In this document: positions 48,101-60,022 of the stretch, piece after piece
Layout of the letters: each line of letters opens with the position of its first letter
Position numbering within the stretch: position 1 is the stretch's first letter
DNA from: Klebsormidium nitens
Taxonomy: Eukaryota > Plantae > Klebsormidiophyceae
Direction: 5' to 3'
Length of the DNA: 64,000 nucleotides
NCBI GenBank assembly: GCA_000708835.1
Contig: DF237075.1
Location: forward strand, 62,001 to 126,000
Position numbers and translations under genes: made by a program
Notes under the pieces: model-generated
What the model was told of the DNA's origin: nothing
What the model saw: only the letters and a program-made list of their open reading frames with translations
Database searches by the model: none

Positions 48101-50444
48101 AGCGCCAGGTTAGAGCCGGCTATCAGCTGGTTATGTAATCAGATTAAGAGGAGGGTGGAAAAACGACGGGTCACTGACTGGGCTTCAGCTTGGTAAGGAC
48201 TGAGCCGGAGGAGGGGTACTCCGACTTCAACCAAGTTTCTTGGTGGATTAGGTTCAGGCAGATTAAGGACCAGGTGTAAGACCAGGTTGTGAAACAGTTG
48301 TGGGATGGGATTCGAACGCACGGGGTAACGTTTCGAGTTCGGTGATTGGTACGCTTCGCTTCAAAATTAATAGCTTCAGACCAATGTGGTAGTCAGAGGC
48401 ACTCTTAGCTGTACGGACAAAGCGGGACTACTGGGGGAAGGGCAGCCTTCTATCAGAGGGTTGAAGAGATGAGTCTCGTTGTTTTTGTTTACAGAGAAGT
48501 TTTCCTGTCTGTGGGTCTGGCCAACCGGTGATTGAAGCTGCTTCTGGCATGCTTAGATACTAGATACGAAGCCTTTGGTGCTCCTGCATTGACTTCTATT
48601 ACTGAAAAGGGTCCTAACAATCCCAGGGGTTGTGGTCGGACGAGCTAAATGGCCCCAAGCTTTCAGAAGATATTTCAGAAGCTTCTTCCTTTCATCTCGC
48701 AGCCTAGCCGTATACCAAAATCGAGAAATTCACATCGTCCGCCAATGCGTCTTCTGACAATCACGTAATAGCGCACCGTCTCTGGCCCCCTTTTCGTACC
48801 AGGCCACAACTGAAGTGGATTAAACCCAGTCCGAAAAAGGACCCCTCCTTTCAGCCTACCTGCACAAGGGCCAGCTTTGGCTGCCCCTCAAACTTTGGCA
48901 CCGTCCTCCGGAGGAAATCCTTGGCCGGCACGAAATCGGCGTCAAAGATGGCAACGTACTCGCAGTGCTGGATCGCAGGGTCCTGCATTCCGTGCGCCAG
49001 GGCACCAGCTTTGAACCCCGTCCGCGCCGTGCGGTGCGTATATCTGATGGGAGCCCCCACCGCGCGCCAAGCATCGACCTCGTCACGGACAAGCTGCTGC
49101 ATGTCTGGGTCGTCGGAATCATCCAAAACCTGCGTTGGGGACGATAAGAGAGGGCTTCAGGAAAAGCAGAGCGCAGAGTGGAAAAAGTCGAATTAGAAAT
49201 GCAAGTTTGTCAACCTGACTGCAATGTTGGTAATCCAGTGGTTGTGACACTTGCTGTGGCTGACCTCAAGGAAAAGCGAATATGCGTTTCTTCTACTGGA
49301 GGGCCACTTATTTGCCATCAAAGCAACGCTAATGTATCTCAGAAAAGTAACGTGCCACACACATTGCCGCTAGAGGCAAGGCTTTTTCCAATATCACCAA
49401 TACTGGAGGGGCATAGCTTATCAGACAAGCAGCTTTTGACCTAGAAGCTACAGAAGGATGAGGATTTGGTAGCAATCTAGGTGAGAAACTGGGGTGCAAG
49501 GCGCTACCTTGGATAACACTCCATCTCTGGTGACATTGTGAGCTCCTGCGAGGAGCTCAGTGAGTAGCCTGCCATAAAGTAGAACAGTCACTATCACTTC
49601 AAAAAGCACCAAGTATTTTGTTCTTCAATGCATGCAAGTCAGCAATTCGTTAGTTACCTGTACCACCAGTTTATCCTGAGGCCAATCCAGCCGGCATGCC
49701 GCCATGATACCCCGCTTGTAACACTCCCTTTCATTGCGCATCGGGATCTGCACCAGCACAACCGGCTCGAATGCAGGCTTCTCTTCATTGCCCCCACAAT
49801 CTCCGACTGCTAGGGAGCCTGAGTCCCCCTCCTTAGTTGGCTGCTTCCAACTGATGTAAAAGTACCCCGTTATCAGCAGCAGCTTGTCGATGCTCTGCAG
49901 GAGACAAGCAGGGGAAATTGACACCAGATGCCACATCAAGAGTACAAGCAGTCTGCTCAGCATGCCTGGTGAGATTAAGGAGGCCAAAAGTCAAAGTCGC
50001 CTGAAGCAATAAAGGGTGCCCATGTCTCATTGAATCGTCCATGCCAGAGTCTTTCTGTACCTTCTTTTGTTCATGTTGAAGGCCCCCATACTGACAGTAC
50101 TGCTAAAAGCTTGCTATTTGTTTCCTACTACAGGCCAAGTCCATGATCACATGGTCCCACTAAGAAACCACCAAGTAGTGTCAAGATCTGAACAAAAGCT
50201 TTCTAGATCTGGTTTACCCCCCAGCTCAAGACAGTGCAGGCGTGCTTGTTTTACTTAAGTGAGGTCTTACCTGGACAATAAAGGCGAACATGAGCACGCT
50301 AATGACTGGCTGCAGCACACGGGCTGTCCACACTTCCCGAAACCCCTGCCAAGCTGCACCGGAATGCACAGCATTACTGCATGCCAACCTTACCAGGGCC
50401 GCAGACAGTGCTACACACAGGGCAACTCGCAGACCGGACGCCAT
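45159..50444 (-). CDS. CSLC: Cellulose synthase-like C type GT2 glycan synthase (~678 aa)
   Basis: Exons 50444-50271, 49894-49658, 49129-48860, 48086-47883, 47259-47136, 46596-46350, 45939-45159. Motifs [77 protein letters not shown] and RWHxG favour CslC over CslA. Confidence 0.9.
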
Positions 50445-51454
50445 TGTTGCTACTTTCTTATCTTTAGCGAACCAAGGTTTAGCTTTAGCTGTCCACTTAT
50501 CTATCTAGAATGCAGTGACAGCTCGCCGGCCGCCTGCCTAGAGGTCCAACAGTAGGCAGGGAGGGCGTCTGATGCAGCCATGTTGGTCGCTGCATCTGCA
50601 ATGTACGACAGTGACAACCTCACAGTCACAGTCACAGTGGCAGCCTCAAACGCCCTTGATGTTCCGTTGGGACGCACGACGCCGCCATTGCACGGAACTT
50701 TCAAGATCAGACACCAGCTTCCTTCTCCGCATCGGAAGTGGCTCTGCCAGAGCCCGACTCTGACTCTGAGGCTGAGGCCTGCATGTGCCATATGCGGCGG
50801 TCAACGCACTCACTGTCAGCCGTCAAGTTCAAGTCTTGCGCAATGCGCAGGCCAAGACTGACAGCGCACGTTCGAAGTTCCGAGGATGCAGGCGCAGAAT
50901 CCAAGCCGGTGACCCCGGGTTGTAGCCCCGGGCGTAGTATCACCCCAAAATTGCCCAAATGCTGAAAGGCCTTGCATGGGCCCTCCGTTCGGGGCCCCTA
51001 CCGCCAGTGGGACGGGCCGCTACCGACTAGGTAGTCGAGGCTTGCGCCTGGGCGGGGAAGCCAGAAACATCCTGGGGCAAACTACCGGCTGCCGCACCAG
51101 CCGACATTGACGGGTTCACTTCCGGCCATTCATTTGATTTGAAGGTCGATGATTGGGTCCAATCTTGTTCGAGAGTCCCCGGGCGCGACTCGTTTTCCAT
51201 AACCCAGGGTTTCGCCGCTTTGAAAACTGCCAGACTATATAAGTAACCCTACCGGTCTAAGTTGGCACGTCAGCAGGCAGGGAGAAAGTTATGTCCGGGA
51301 GGAAAGCAGCTCTGAAATCCGAGCCTCGCGGCCAATCATTGCCTCATGGAAACGGTCGCGGTAACGCTCAAAAAGAGGTCAGCTTTGAGAGTTTGTTGAA
51401 CGAAAATGATTCCGCTCGAACTCATCAAGGTCCATGAAGGCATTGAAGGGTTAA

Positions 51455-51995
51455 ACTGGGACGGGTGGGGTTAGCCTGGGGGTTAGGGTGGGTACGGGTG
51501 CGGAGCGTGTAAACTTTGGGTTTAGGTTTTTAGTTAGGCGCTTACCCTTCATAGAATCGAGAGTTACACGAAAATGTAGCATGGATGAATCGGCGGGCAA
51601 TAATTGCTAGTAGGTATGTCGTGACCCGTCATGGCCATGATCAGGGAATCAGGATCGATATGACTCAAGTAAGAATTCTTAATACCGTACGGTCACCCAT
51701 GATTTCGGCAAAAAATAAATAATTATTTGGCCGGCTGAAATTTTCAGAAATTATCTTGGGGCGATAATGGTTCGATAATGGTTATTTTAGCAGGTAACGT
51801 CGAGCCTGCTGAAAGGAATAAAAGTTTCATAATCAACTATTTTGCGTCGAAGGTGCCGAAATCAAATACAGGTACGGTAGGTAAGCCAAGACAATAACAA
51901 GCTCCGCCTAACAATAAAACTCCTAACCCAGAAACATGCCTGCTCCGCAACCAGACCCGCCCTATCCACCAGACTATTAAACCGTGCCCGACCCA
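51455..51995. mobile_element. Nested diverged inverted repeats; the inner ~195 bp element resembles a Tc1/mariner (Tc2/pogo-like) MITE
   Basis: An ~85 bp arm at 51455-51540 (ACTGGG.CGGG..TAGGG.GGGT..TGCGGAGC..GGGTT.AGG..GTTAGGCG) matches the reverse complement of 51905-51995. Inner pair: TA|CCGTAC..TGATTTCGGCA (51683-51710) versus TGCCGAAATCA..GTACGG|TA (51854-51879). Confidence 0.55.
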
Positions 51996-52184
51996 GTGCG
52001 GTTAGGTACCTTATAAAATGTTACTTATAGTATGTCCATGAATCATGCATCTCGGCTTATTGGAAGGTGGGTTTTGCAGAGTAAGTTGTAACCATGCGAA
52101 GTTAATGTCCGTACGAAAAGCTTCATGACCCTCCGTACAGTGACACTCATGAGATGCATGGGGCGAATTGACGCGATCATGATG

Positions 52185-52400
52185 TCATGCAGGGGTTCTA
52201 GCGGGGCGCCATGCAAACGGGGCGCAGAGCGCCCCCGGGCAGATCCTGGCGTCCCCGGGCGACAGCCCGGGGCGCCAGAGCGCCCCGGCTCGAAGCGCCG
52301 ACGGCCGAGGCCCTGTCTGGCCTGGGCAGGGGCGGCCGGCCGCGCCCCGGGGTCGCGGAGGGGCGCCCCGGGGCGGAGCCCGAGCGCCTCCGGGCAAATT
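52185..52400. repeat. Very GC-rich low-complexity block with repeated GGGGCGCC/CCCGGG palindromic motifs
   Basis: Repeated ggggcgc..agagcgcccc.ggg and cccggggcgcc units just upstream of the tRNA; no splice-supported coding frame. Confidence 0.5.
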
Positions 52401-52505
52401 CCTGCCAGAACCCCTGATGTCAGGTATCCTGAGCGTGTCGACTTCCACGTGGCAATCTTAATGCTTATATAGATTTAAAAGCTGCTGTGCGAGCATCCCG
52501 CTGCT

Positions 52506-52609
52506 GGTGAGATGGCCGAGTGGTCTAAGGCGCTGGTTTTAGGACACGCAGCTCAGCGTGAAACGCACCAGTCCAGAAATGGGCGTGGGTTCAAATCCCA
52601 CTCTCGCCA
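52506..52609 (+). tRNA. trnL-UAG: tRNA-Leu(UAG) with a 22-nt intron at the canonical 37/38 position
   Basis: Acceptor stem GGTGAGA/TCTCGCC; D-arm GCC-GAGTGGTCTAA-GGC; anticodon stem CTGGT/ACCAG with TAG at 52540-52542; intron 52544-52565; long variable arm; T-arm GTGGG-TTCAAAT-CCCAC; downstream TTTT at ~52648. Confidence 0.95.
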
Positions 52610-53857
52610 GATGCAGAACTTCCCGTTCCGTGCACTGCCCAACCTCCTTTTAGCTACCGTATCACCGCCCTTTCTTTTACACTTAAAATCGGGGGGGCTG
52701 CCGCCCCCCCGAGCCCCCCCGCTCCCTCCTCCTCTGGAGGTCTTAGCGTCGTTGCACGAAAGTGGACCATAATTGTCGCTGAGTAGCTATAGAGTCGAGG
52801 TGGCAGTCGCGCCATCAGGGCCCCATCAGGGTTTTTCATGTGAGTCCCGGGACGGTTTTTCATGTGAGGCCTCATGGTGGATTAGTTATTTACTTGAGAT
52901 CAACCTGGTATACTTCTTGGACATTGGTAAGTTAACGGATACTTTTCATTGCGATGCCCATGAGGCGATGCCCTTGCAGTGACAAGGCATGGGGCCAATA
53001 CGGCCGGCAAGACCGGCTCCCAAGAAACAATGTAATGAGGGATATGGCGCGCAAAGATTGCCATCATGTCCCAAATGACAGGAAGCGCGTGTATGCATCC
53101 AAGTCCTATCGTTAGCATGCCTAGTAGCATTTGCTTGTAACGTCCGCCTTCATACGGTTATTGCCCCGTTATTGCCAATGCCTAAACAATGTGAAGTGCT
53201 CGTGAACTTTGTGCCAGTCTTTTATGTTCAATGACTAGCTCAGCTCTAATTCCGTATCGGCCACTGCTTTACAAATTGTATTGTGGACCCCTGCAACATG
53301 TATCATGTGGACCCCTACTAAGGTAGCTGCCATCATTGCCAATATGTATATTCGAAACCAAGCAGAGTCCATATATAACTCCAAACACATTCAATGATTG
53401 CCAGGATCAAAAGCCTTGGTTGGGCTTTGCAAATCGAGCATGTGCGAAAGAGCTCAAGACAACGCGATTGCTCACATGATTACTGGCGGGTGGGTGTGAG
53501 AAGGAAACCGAAATCGATGCTATACTTGCATTCGAATATATGACGGGTGCGGCACACAATTTCGTATCAAATCACGTGCCTAGCTATCCAGAACAACATG
53601 CAACAGCTTGTGGATTACGGTGCCAAGGCTTAAAGCTTGCATGACATGATTACCATGGTGATTTTCTGATAACGGAAACGAAACTTGATATTACCGGCAT
53701 GCTATCTCCGTTTACTAGTGCAGAGCACGGACAGGCAATTGAAAACTTGTCGTTTACCTGGATAATGTCGTGGAACTTTGGTAGGAGGCCTCAAGCTCAT
53801 TATAGAATATTTTTGACTGGGGCGGTTTCCATCCTACTTGTCGACGTGTCTTCTTTA

Positions 53858-56702
53858 TCAAAGTAGTTGCGCCTCAATAATGCTAGCCATAGGAACAACA
53901 TTACAGAGCTTTGTCAAGCGGAGACCGGATCTTTTTAGCAACTCCTCAAAGCTCGTCCTTGTCCGCTCTCGTCCATTTACCATTGCTAGCATACTAAGAT
54001 CCGAGACTAACTTGGGGATTAACAGCCCATCTGGACAAGAATCTTCTATGACAAAGTCGACAATGATCAGTCTTGACTTATTATGCATGATCGTGCATGC
54101 ATTTCTTAGGATCTCCACACACTCTTCATCGCCCCAATCATGTAAAATGCGCTTCAAAATTACTGCGTCTGCTGTAGCCACCCGCTCAAAGCTCTTGGAA
54201 TCGAATAGATCGCCTGGGACGAATCTGACAGACTTGTTTCCAGACTTCGAGTTCTTCAAAGCGGCGTCAATCACACTCTGCCGCTCAAAGATGACAGTCT
54301 CTAGATGGGGATGCCGGTCGACTAGGTGCCTAACAATGGTCCCATTGCCTCCACCGATGTCGACCACCGTCCTGCAGTGGATAAAAGCATTTCTTATGCT
54401 CATTAGAACGAGAAACTCCGGAGAGAAAAGATTGACGGCTGATTCCGTCCTCCGAAGACTCGCACTTGCAACGACCTCTAGGGAATCAAAGTGCGGCCGA
54501 CAGATTGTCGAAGCCGCTTCTGTCGACCTAGAGTGTCAATAAAAGAGAAGTCCCGGAATTGAGCAAATCTTAAATCCTTCATTGCGCGAAAGTTACAGCG
54601 GATTGATGTGTTGCAAACAGAGCACAATCTGGGAGATAGGTGTGGAGAAATGCTCGTGCTCGACTCTAGCTTCACTCTACTCCAGATGAAGGAACAGGAT
54701 TGAATCCATACTTTGTCCATCGTCGAAATGGGCTGTTATTTGAATCGAAACGCGCTTGAATACCCACCTTATGCGCTTCCAGTTCACCGCCTCGGCCAGC
54801 GCGTACTTCTCCCTCACGCTCATGACCTCCATCATTTCGTCGAACCGCGCGCCTTTCTCGGGGTGCTGCGTGTACCACTGCCACAGGTCCTTGCCCGCCG
54901 AGTGCTCGAAGCCCGCCCCCCCTTTCCGGAGAGCGGCGTCCAGGGCGCCCCAGCCGAGCTGGTGATCTTGGGGGTCGTTCATGGTGAGGACGCACGAACG
55001 GAGCGACCAGCCGGTGCGGTCCGGAACCAGGGTGCGCCCAAGCCTGTGGCAATGCGGGAGGAGTCATGAGAAGTTGGGGCCAGAGAAGTGTGTCAAAATA
55101 TAGCGGACAAGTATGCGATGATGAGGTTGAGATGAGTCGACTTCCACGAGAAGCGACCGGTGTATTTAGAATTGCGAGTAGACTTACGAGAAATTCGTGA
55201 AAATAAGGGAAAGAGGGTTGTGTCAGGAAGATCAGGAGGCTGTACACGCAATGTACAGCCTGACTCCAAACACACACTACACACTTGGTGAAGCGTGCAA
55301 AACACATTGAGACAACAAAGACGAGTCTCAGATCAGGCTAGGAAGCCCGCCGCACTTGGAGAATACCAGTTCAAATACCGCCAGTCTTACGCCAGGTATC
55401 CAGAACTGATCAGACCCTGCGCATTCAGCCTGCCAGCTTGGACTCGAGCCCTCCAGGCCTCTGGTCGATCCGAAGTATCATAGGTTCTACGGGTCCTTCT
55501 CCGGGCTTTGTTTGACACACAACTATGCACCATCTGGTCGATATAATGGGGCCACTTTTCAACCATGAGAGGTTGATGAAGATGATGCTCAGACACTTGC
55601 AGCACGTCGTCGATTGTCCTTTCTTCCTCACAGCTTGATACGAATCAGGTGTGCCTTTGAAATTGCAGCGCAATCAAACTTGTCAAGATCTTCAAGCCAG
55701 AGCAGGCGCCAGTTTCCTCCCAGTTGACCAACCTGGTTGGAGAGAAGCGCCCCTTCTTGTCCATCTTGTACACGCCCAGCGAGGCCAAGAACCGCATCAT
55801 GCGGTACAGGTGGGGCACGTGCACCGGTTCTGGCAGAGCAGCGGCGATCTCCTCCGCAGTGGCGGCGCCGAGGTCAGCGAGAATGTTTGGCACCCCCGCT
55901 TGAGTGACGACGTAGAGCACCCGGGGCGGGACGAAGGCCATGGTCAGAACCAACATCTGCAGCAACAGACCGCCCTTGTGTCGATTCATTTTAGAAATCC
56001 AATGTTCAACAGTGTAGCGATAGAATGTGAGAATGCGGAGGGAAGCCTTCTCTCGGCTGCCAGGTTCTGGCCAAGATGAGGGACTTCAGTTCGAAAGTCT
56101 TGTCATAGAATGTTGAGGAAGGAGACCCTGTTGACAGTTGACACAGCCCAGCTCGCCGTACTATGTCTGAACGAATCTGACTAGACCCACTCGAGAATCT
56201 GCCAGAGCGCAGTTAACTTGGTCAGAGATGCGAAGGAAGGGGCTAAAATAGAACGAGAAGCCTCCGTCACGATGAACTTGGATTCCACCTCCACTACATC
56301 TTACTGGCATTTTGAATGCACGATAAGATGCTGTCAACATAACATGGCAGAAGCGCAGCCATACATTAAACTACTTAATTACCGCCAGCAAACTCTAAAT
56401 GGGCATTCAAACAACATCCAATGGGTGCGAAACGGTCTGCATGCAAAGCCCCCAAGCAGCACATCTTGTTGACTTTTCTTGTTGCAACTCTTGCAACTTC
56501 TGCAACTCACCTGTATGTCCACAGGCACAAGCCATTGCGCCACAGCTTGTCCAACGATGAATGCATGTGAGAGGCCCCACATCAGCCATGAGCGTCCAGG
56601 CTGGCCAAACAATCTTCCTCCCAACCAAAGCAGCACGTACAAGCTGAAGCATGTGACAAACCCATAGGCGAACTGACCCAGGAGCTCCGGCGCCACAAAC
56701 AT
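53858..56702 (-). CDS. SAM-dependent O-methyltransferase (COMT-like, dimerisation plus Methyltransf_2 domains) with probable N-terminal TM exon
   Basis: Exons 56702-56511 (hydrophobic), 55956-55733, 55043-54768, 54371-53858. Motifs ATAEEIA..LYRMMRFLASLGV, SLRSCVL, WGAL, FDEMM, VVDIGGGNG, GDLFD, LKRILHDW, GRERT. Linking exon 1 is less certain than the rest of the model. Confidence 0.9.
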
Positions 56703-57166
56703 AGCTTCTTTGACTTTTAGCGCTAGAAAAAGAGCGAGGCGACAAGAAATCCGGTTGAGGCTACCGTACAATGACTTCCCACTCTTTCCACAGATAAACA
56801 GGAAGCCAGACGGAGAGCATGGCCTGGACTCGGAGGGGCTGGGGCAAGAAAGAGAACGCTTGCATTGATCGAAGTTTCTGATCTGATTGAAGTGACACCC
56901 CGACATTGACACCACGCCAACTTCTTGATGGAAATCTCTCTAGAAGGCGGCTTCAGTGTCAAACTTATCTTCTCAGAACCCAAGTTTTCTGACATTGACA
57001 GACTTTTGAAGACAATGCGCAAACCGAGCAGGACCAAAGTTGAAGTTCAAAGGGAGGAGTGCGAAGATTCAGAGGGCGCCAGTGGCAGGAGGGGCATATT
57101 TGCAGCGTTGCGAGTTTCTTCCCCTGGTGCTTGAAGCTTTTCAAATTTACACGAGTGTTTGTCGCC

Positions 57167-59153
57167 ATGGCAGCGGCAATTGCAAGCAAAGGTTTGCTGA
57201 GCGGGGGTCAGCTGGCGGCAGGAGCGGTTCCTGTTCAACAGAGCAGGCGCTGTTCGCAGGGGCAGCCGACGCTGCCGGCATTGCAGGCTGGGAATTACTC
57301 TGGGTTGAGGGGGCTGAGTCTAGTACCGACCAGGCAAATGAGGGTTGAATCCAGACGTGAGTATCATGAGGAATGTTGAGCACAGCAGTACACCTCCATC
57401 TTGGTGTACCACTAGCTTTTATGCAATGGAAGATTTCAAAGGGTTTTGCAAGGGTATTGACACTCAGCGTCCTTCAGGAGCCTGTTCCTGACAAGCTGCC
57501 ACAATTGCTGTTCTACTTTTATGCGCGGCCGCATCTGCACAGCACCACCTAATCTACTCTCTAATTGTCTGCTTCTGTTAGACGTTGCCTCAGAAGCTAG
57601 TCATCATGTGGTCTTTACAATTCACCCCGGCATTGTAGTAAGCGCTGGTACTACGGTCTGGCGCGTTACATCTGCACGATTAACCCTGAGCTTCATCTAC
57701 AATGTGTGAACCGATGGTCACAAGAAACGTTTCAGGCAGAATTGCAAAGGGTTCATTTCAAAAGTTGGCTCTTGGCAGCGACATCTTGTAAGGGGGCCTC
57801 CTCAGCTTGTGACCTCTCTTACCACTCTTGGATTCAATATGCTCAACCAACTTCAACCTCAGCGCACCATCTCGCAAGCCTTCTGCTCAGACTCAGTCAA
57901 CCAATTTTGTAACCCCTCTGCAGGCCGCCTTGCCCCCGGCATCTCCTGCCAGCTTTCCTCCTCTCCCCATTGGCCCCTCGCCGTTGTGTCCACCCTCGCC
58001 ACCCCCTTCGACCTCCACGCAGCTCCCCTAAGCCTAGACCTCCCGCCCCTAAACCCCGTCTATGGCGAAGTCGGCGCCGTCCTCGAGCTCAGCGTACAGC
58101 TCATCTACTTGCTGGGGCTGCTAGCGCTCCTGGGAACCGGCAGTTTCCTGGTGGTACGTCAGGTCTTGATCCGGCGCGAGCTTGAGAACGCGGCCAAGGA
58201 TTTGCAGGACCGTGTGCGCATGGGAATCGCGTCGGCGGAGGAGTACTTTGAGCTGGGGGCGGTCATGCTGCGCAAGCGGCTGTACATCCAGGCCAACAGG
58301 TACCTGGAGCAGGCGATCCAGAAGTGGGAGGGGGACCCCGAGGAGCTCGCACAGGTAAGAGTCTCATCACTCTAGTTGTCATGCTTCTGTTTCTCTGGCG
58401 ATGCCATGAGGGGTGTCTCTCTGTGTAGTTTGCAAGAGAAGCGGTCTCCAGTGGCAGAGTCAGAGTGCGTGTCTGCTGGTCAAGTACTGCGCCAGTCTGA
58501 AGCAAGAAGGTGGTGATGCGTCGTGCAATGAGGCAAGCTGTCTCAAGGACTGCAGGAAGCGAGCGGTGCCTCTCCTAAGGCTAAACGGGCAATCTCGTTA
58601 CACAAGCCGTGCTTCAAAGGGGAGGGAAAGTTTCAATTCAGCTTCATGTGTCGTCATGAAGGCTCTGAGTGCAGAGCTTCAAAAAAAAACTTGCTTTCAC
58701 GTTCTTGTCGTTGTCTTGTTCTCGTCTATCTCCCCTGATGAGAGTACAAGGCATCAATCGATGTTGCATCCTGATAAAAGAGACGTCTGATGAGCTCGGA
58801 TATTCTTGAACCCATCATTTCTTGAGGATTGACAGCATGCAACTCATACTTTTGTGCTGACCTTGGCTTTTCTTTTGCAGGTTTACAATGCGCTTGGGTT
58901 CTCTTACACCAAGGAGACACGATATGACGAGGCTGTTGCTCAGTTTGAGAAGGCCCTTCGATTGCAACCAGGTTACGTGACTGCCCGCAATAACTTGGGA
59001 GATGCATACGAGCAGGCGAAGCAGATTGAGAAGGCCCTACAAGCCTACGAGCAAGCTCTGCGGTATGATCCGAACAACAATCTGGCCAAGGATAAGGTGG
59101 AGGCGTTGAGGCGGAGAGTAGACCGGAGGAAAGGGGTGACGTCAGAATCTTGA
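57167..59153 (+). CDS. PYG7: Ycf37-like TPR thylakoid protein, photosystem I assembly factor (PYG7/CGL71)
   Basis: Exons 57167-57356, 57924-58354, 58881-59153. Transit peptide, then a TM segment ([29 protein letters not shown]), [40 protein letters not shown]. Confidence 0.95.
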
Positions 59154-60022
59154 GCACTTCTTTAAAGTCACTATCCATTTTGCCTGACTTGGTTTCATTG
59201 CGTGGAGCATGGATTGAGAACTTTTGAAACGCGTCACTCAAGTTCGGACGCTGGCCCCCTAACATGGTTACCCCATTTTGGAGGTAGCACTCTGCAAACC
59301 AAGTCACTCCTTAAGGCTCAATCAAGCATCCGTCTCAGTCTTTTCATTAGTCTGCCCGGCCCAGGCAACGGAAAAGCTTTTTCAATATGCAAAGAGCATC
59401 TTCATCTTGCCATGATCATATCAGCACTGAGTCGCACATACCGTTGCCCAAACTCAACATCAATAGAATGGAATGCTCGCATTTGTGTTCGATTCGATCG
59501 GCGCAGATCAGATGTATACGCATATACGCGACTCTTGAAACCGCTGAGAAGCCATGCGTGTTTGCGTGAATGTGCGGCCTGCACCATGCGCCATATATGT
59601 GATCGTTGTGCCCGCGGCCAGGGCCGCCCACAGCGCGTGCGCCCCCGGCCGCAACTTGGGTATCATGCAGGACCCCTAGCCGGGCTGCCCATCATTATTG
59701 GTTCGATGATAACCTCGACGAGGCAGGGTATCATGACTGCAGATGAATCACCCTCAGTAGATACGGCCAATCAGCACCTAGCATGCACGATTCTCGAGTA
59801 CTCATGTCAAGCAACAGCTTAGCTCTGCGATCATCCTATTGAAGGCTTTTGGCGGGCGAGAGCTTCCATGATCTGCATGTTTCAGTACCACTTTGGGAGT
59901 GCCAGAGTGACAGGCTCTTGACCAAAGAACATACAAACATACAATCAACCGCAGCCGTTTGCTGAACCCACAACAGTTTTTCGAGACATAGGCCCAGCCT
60001 CTTGGGGTCGGAAGGGGGCGCC

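Noticed and set aside
51470-51540. Interstitial telomeric repeats (TTAGGG/TTTAGG-like motifs here and at 4445, 21765, 35521)
   Set aside because: These are only isolated or degenerate motifs with no tandem array, and they are explained by the inverted-repeat arm or by branch-point regions.
53858-54371. Bacterial horizontal origin of the OMT
   Set aside because: Some residues look atypical for plant COMT, but this needs a phylogeny that I cannot run.
53838-54542. 234-aa plus-strand ORF
   Set aside because: It is antisense to the last OMT exon and has no motifs.
55500-55635. Exon-like open segment inside the OMT gene
   Set aside because: The flanking exons join directly in phase 2 (FSPTR|LGRTLV) with good family similarity, and the acceptor here is weak.
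59202-59822. 206-aa ORF between PYG7 and LEO1
   Set aside because: It has no ATG start, no recognisable domain or splice support, and lies in the convergent 3' UTR region.
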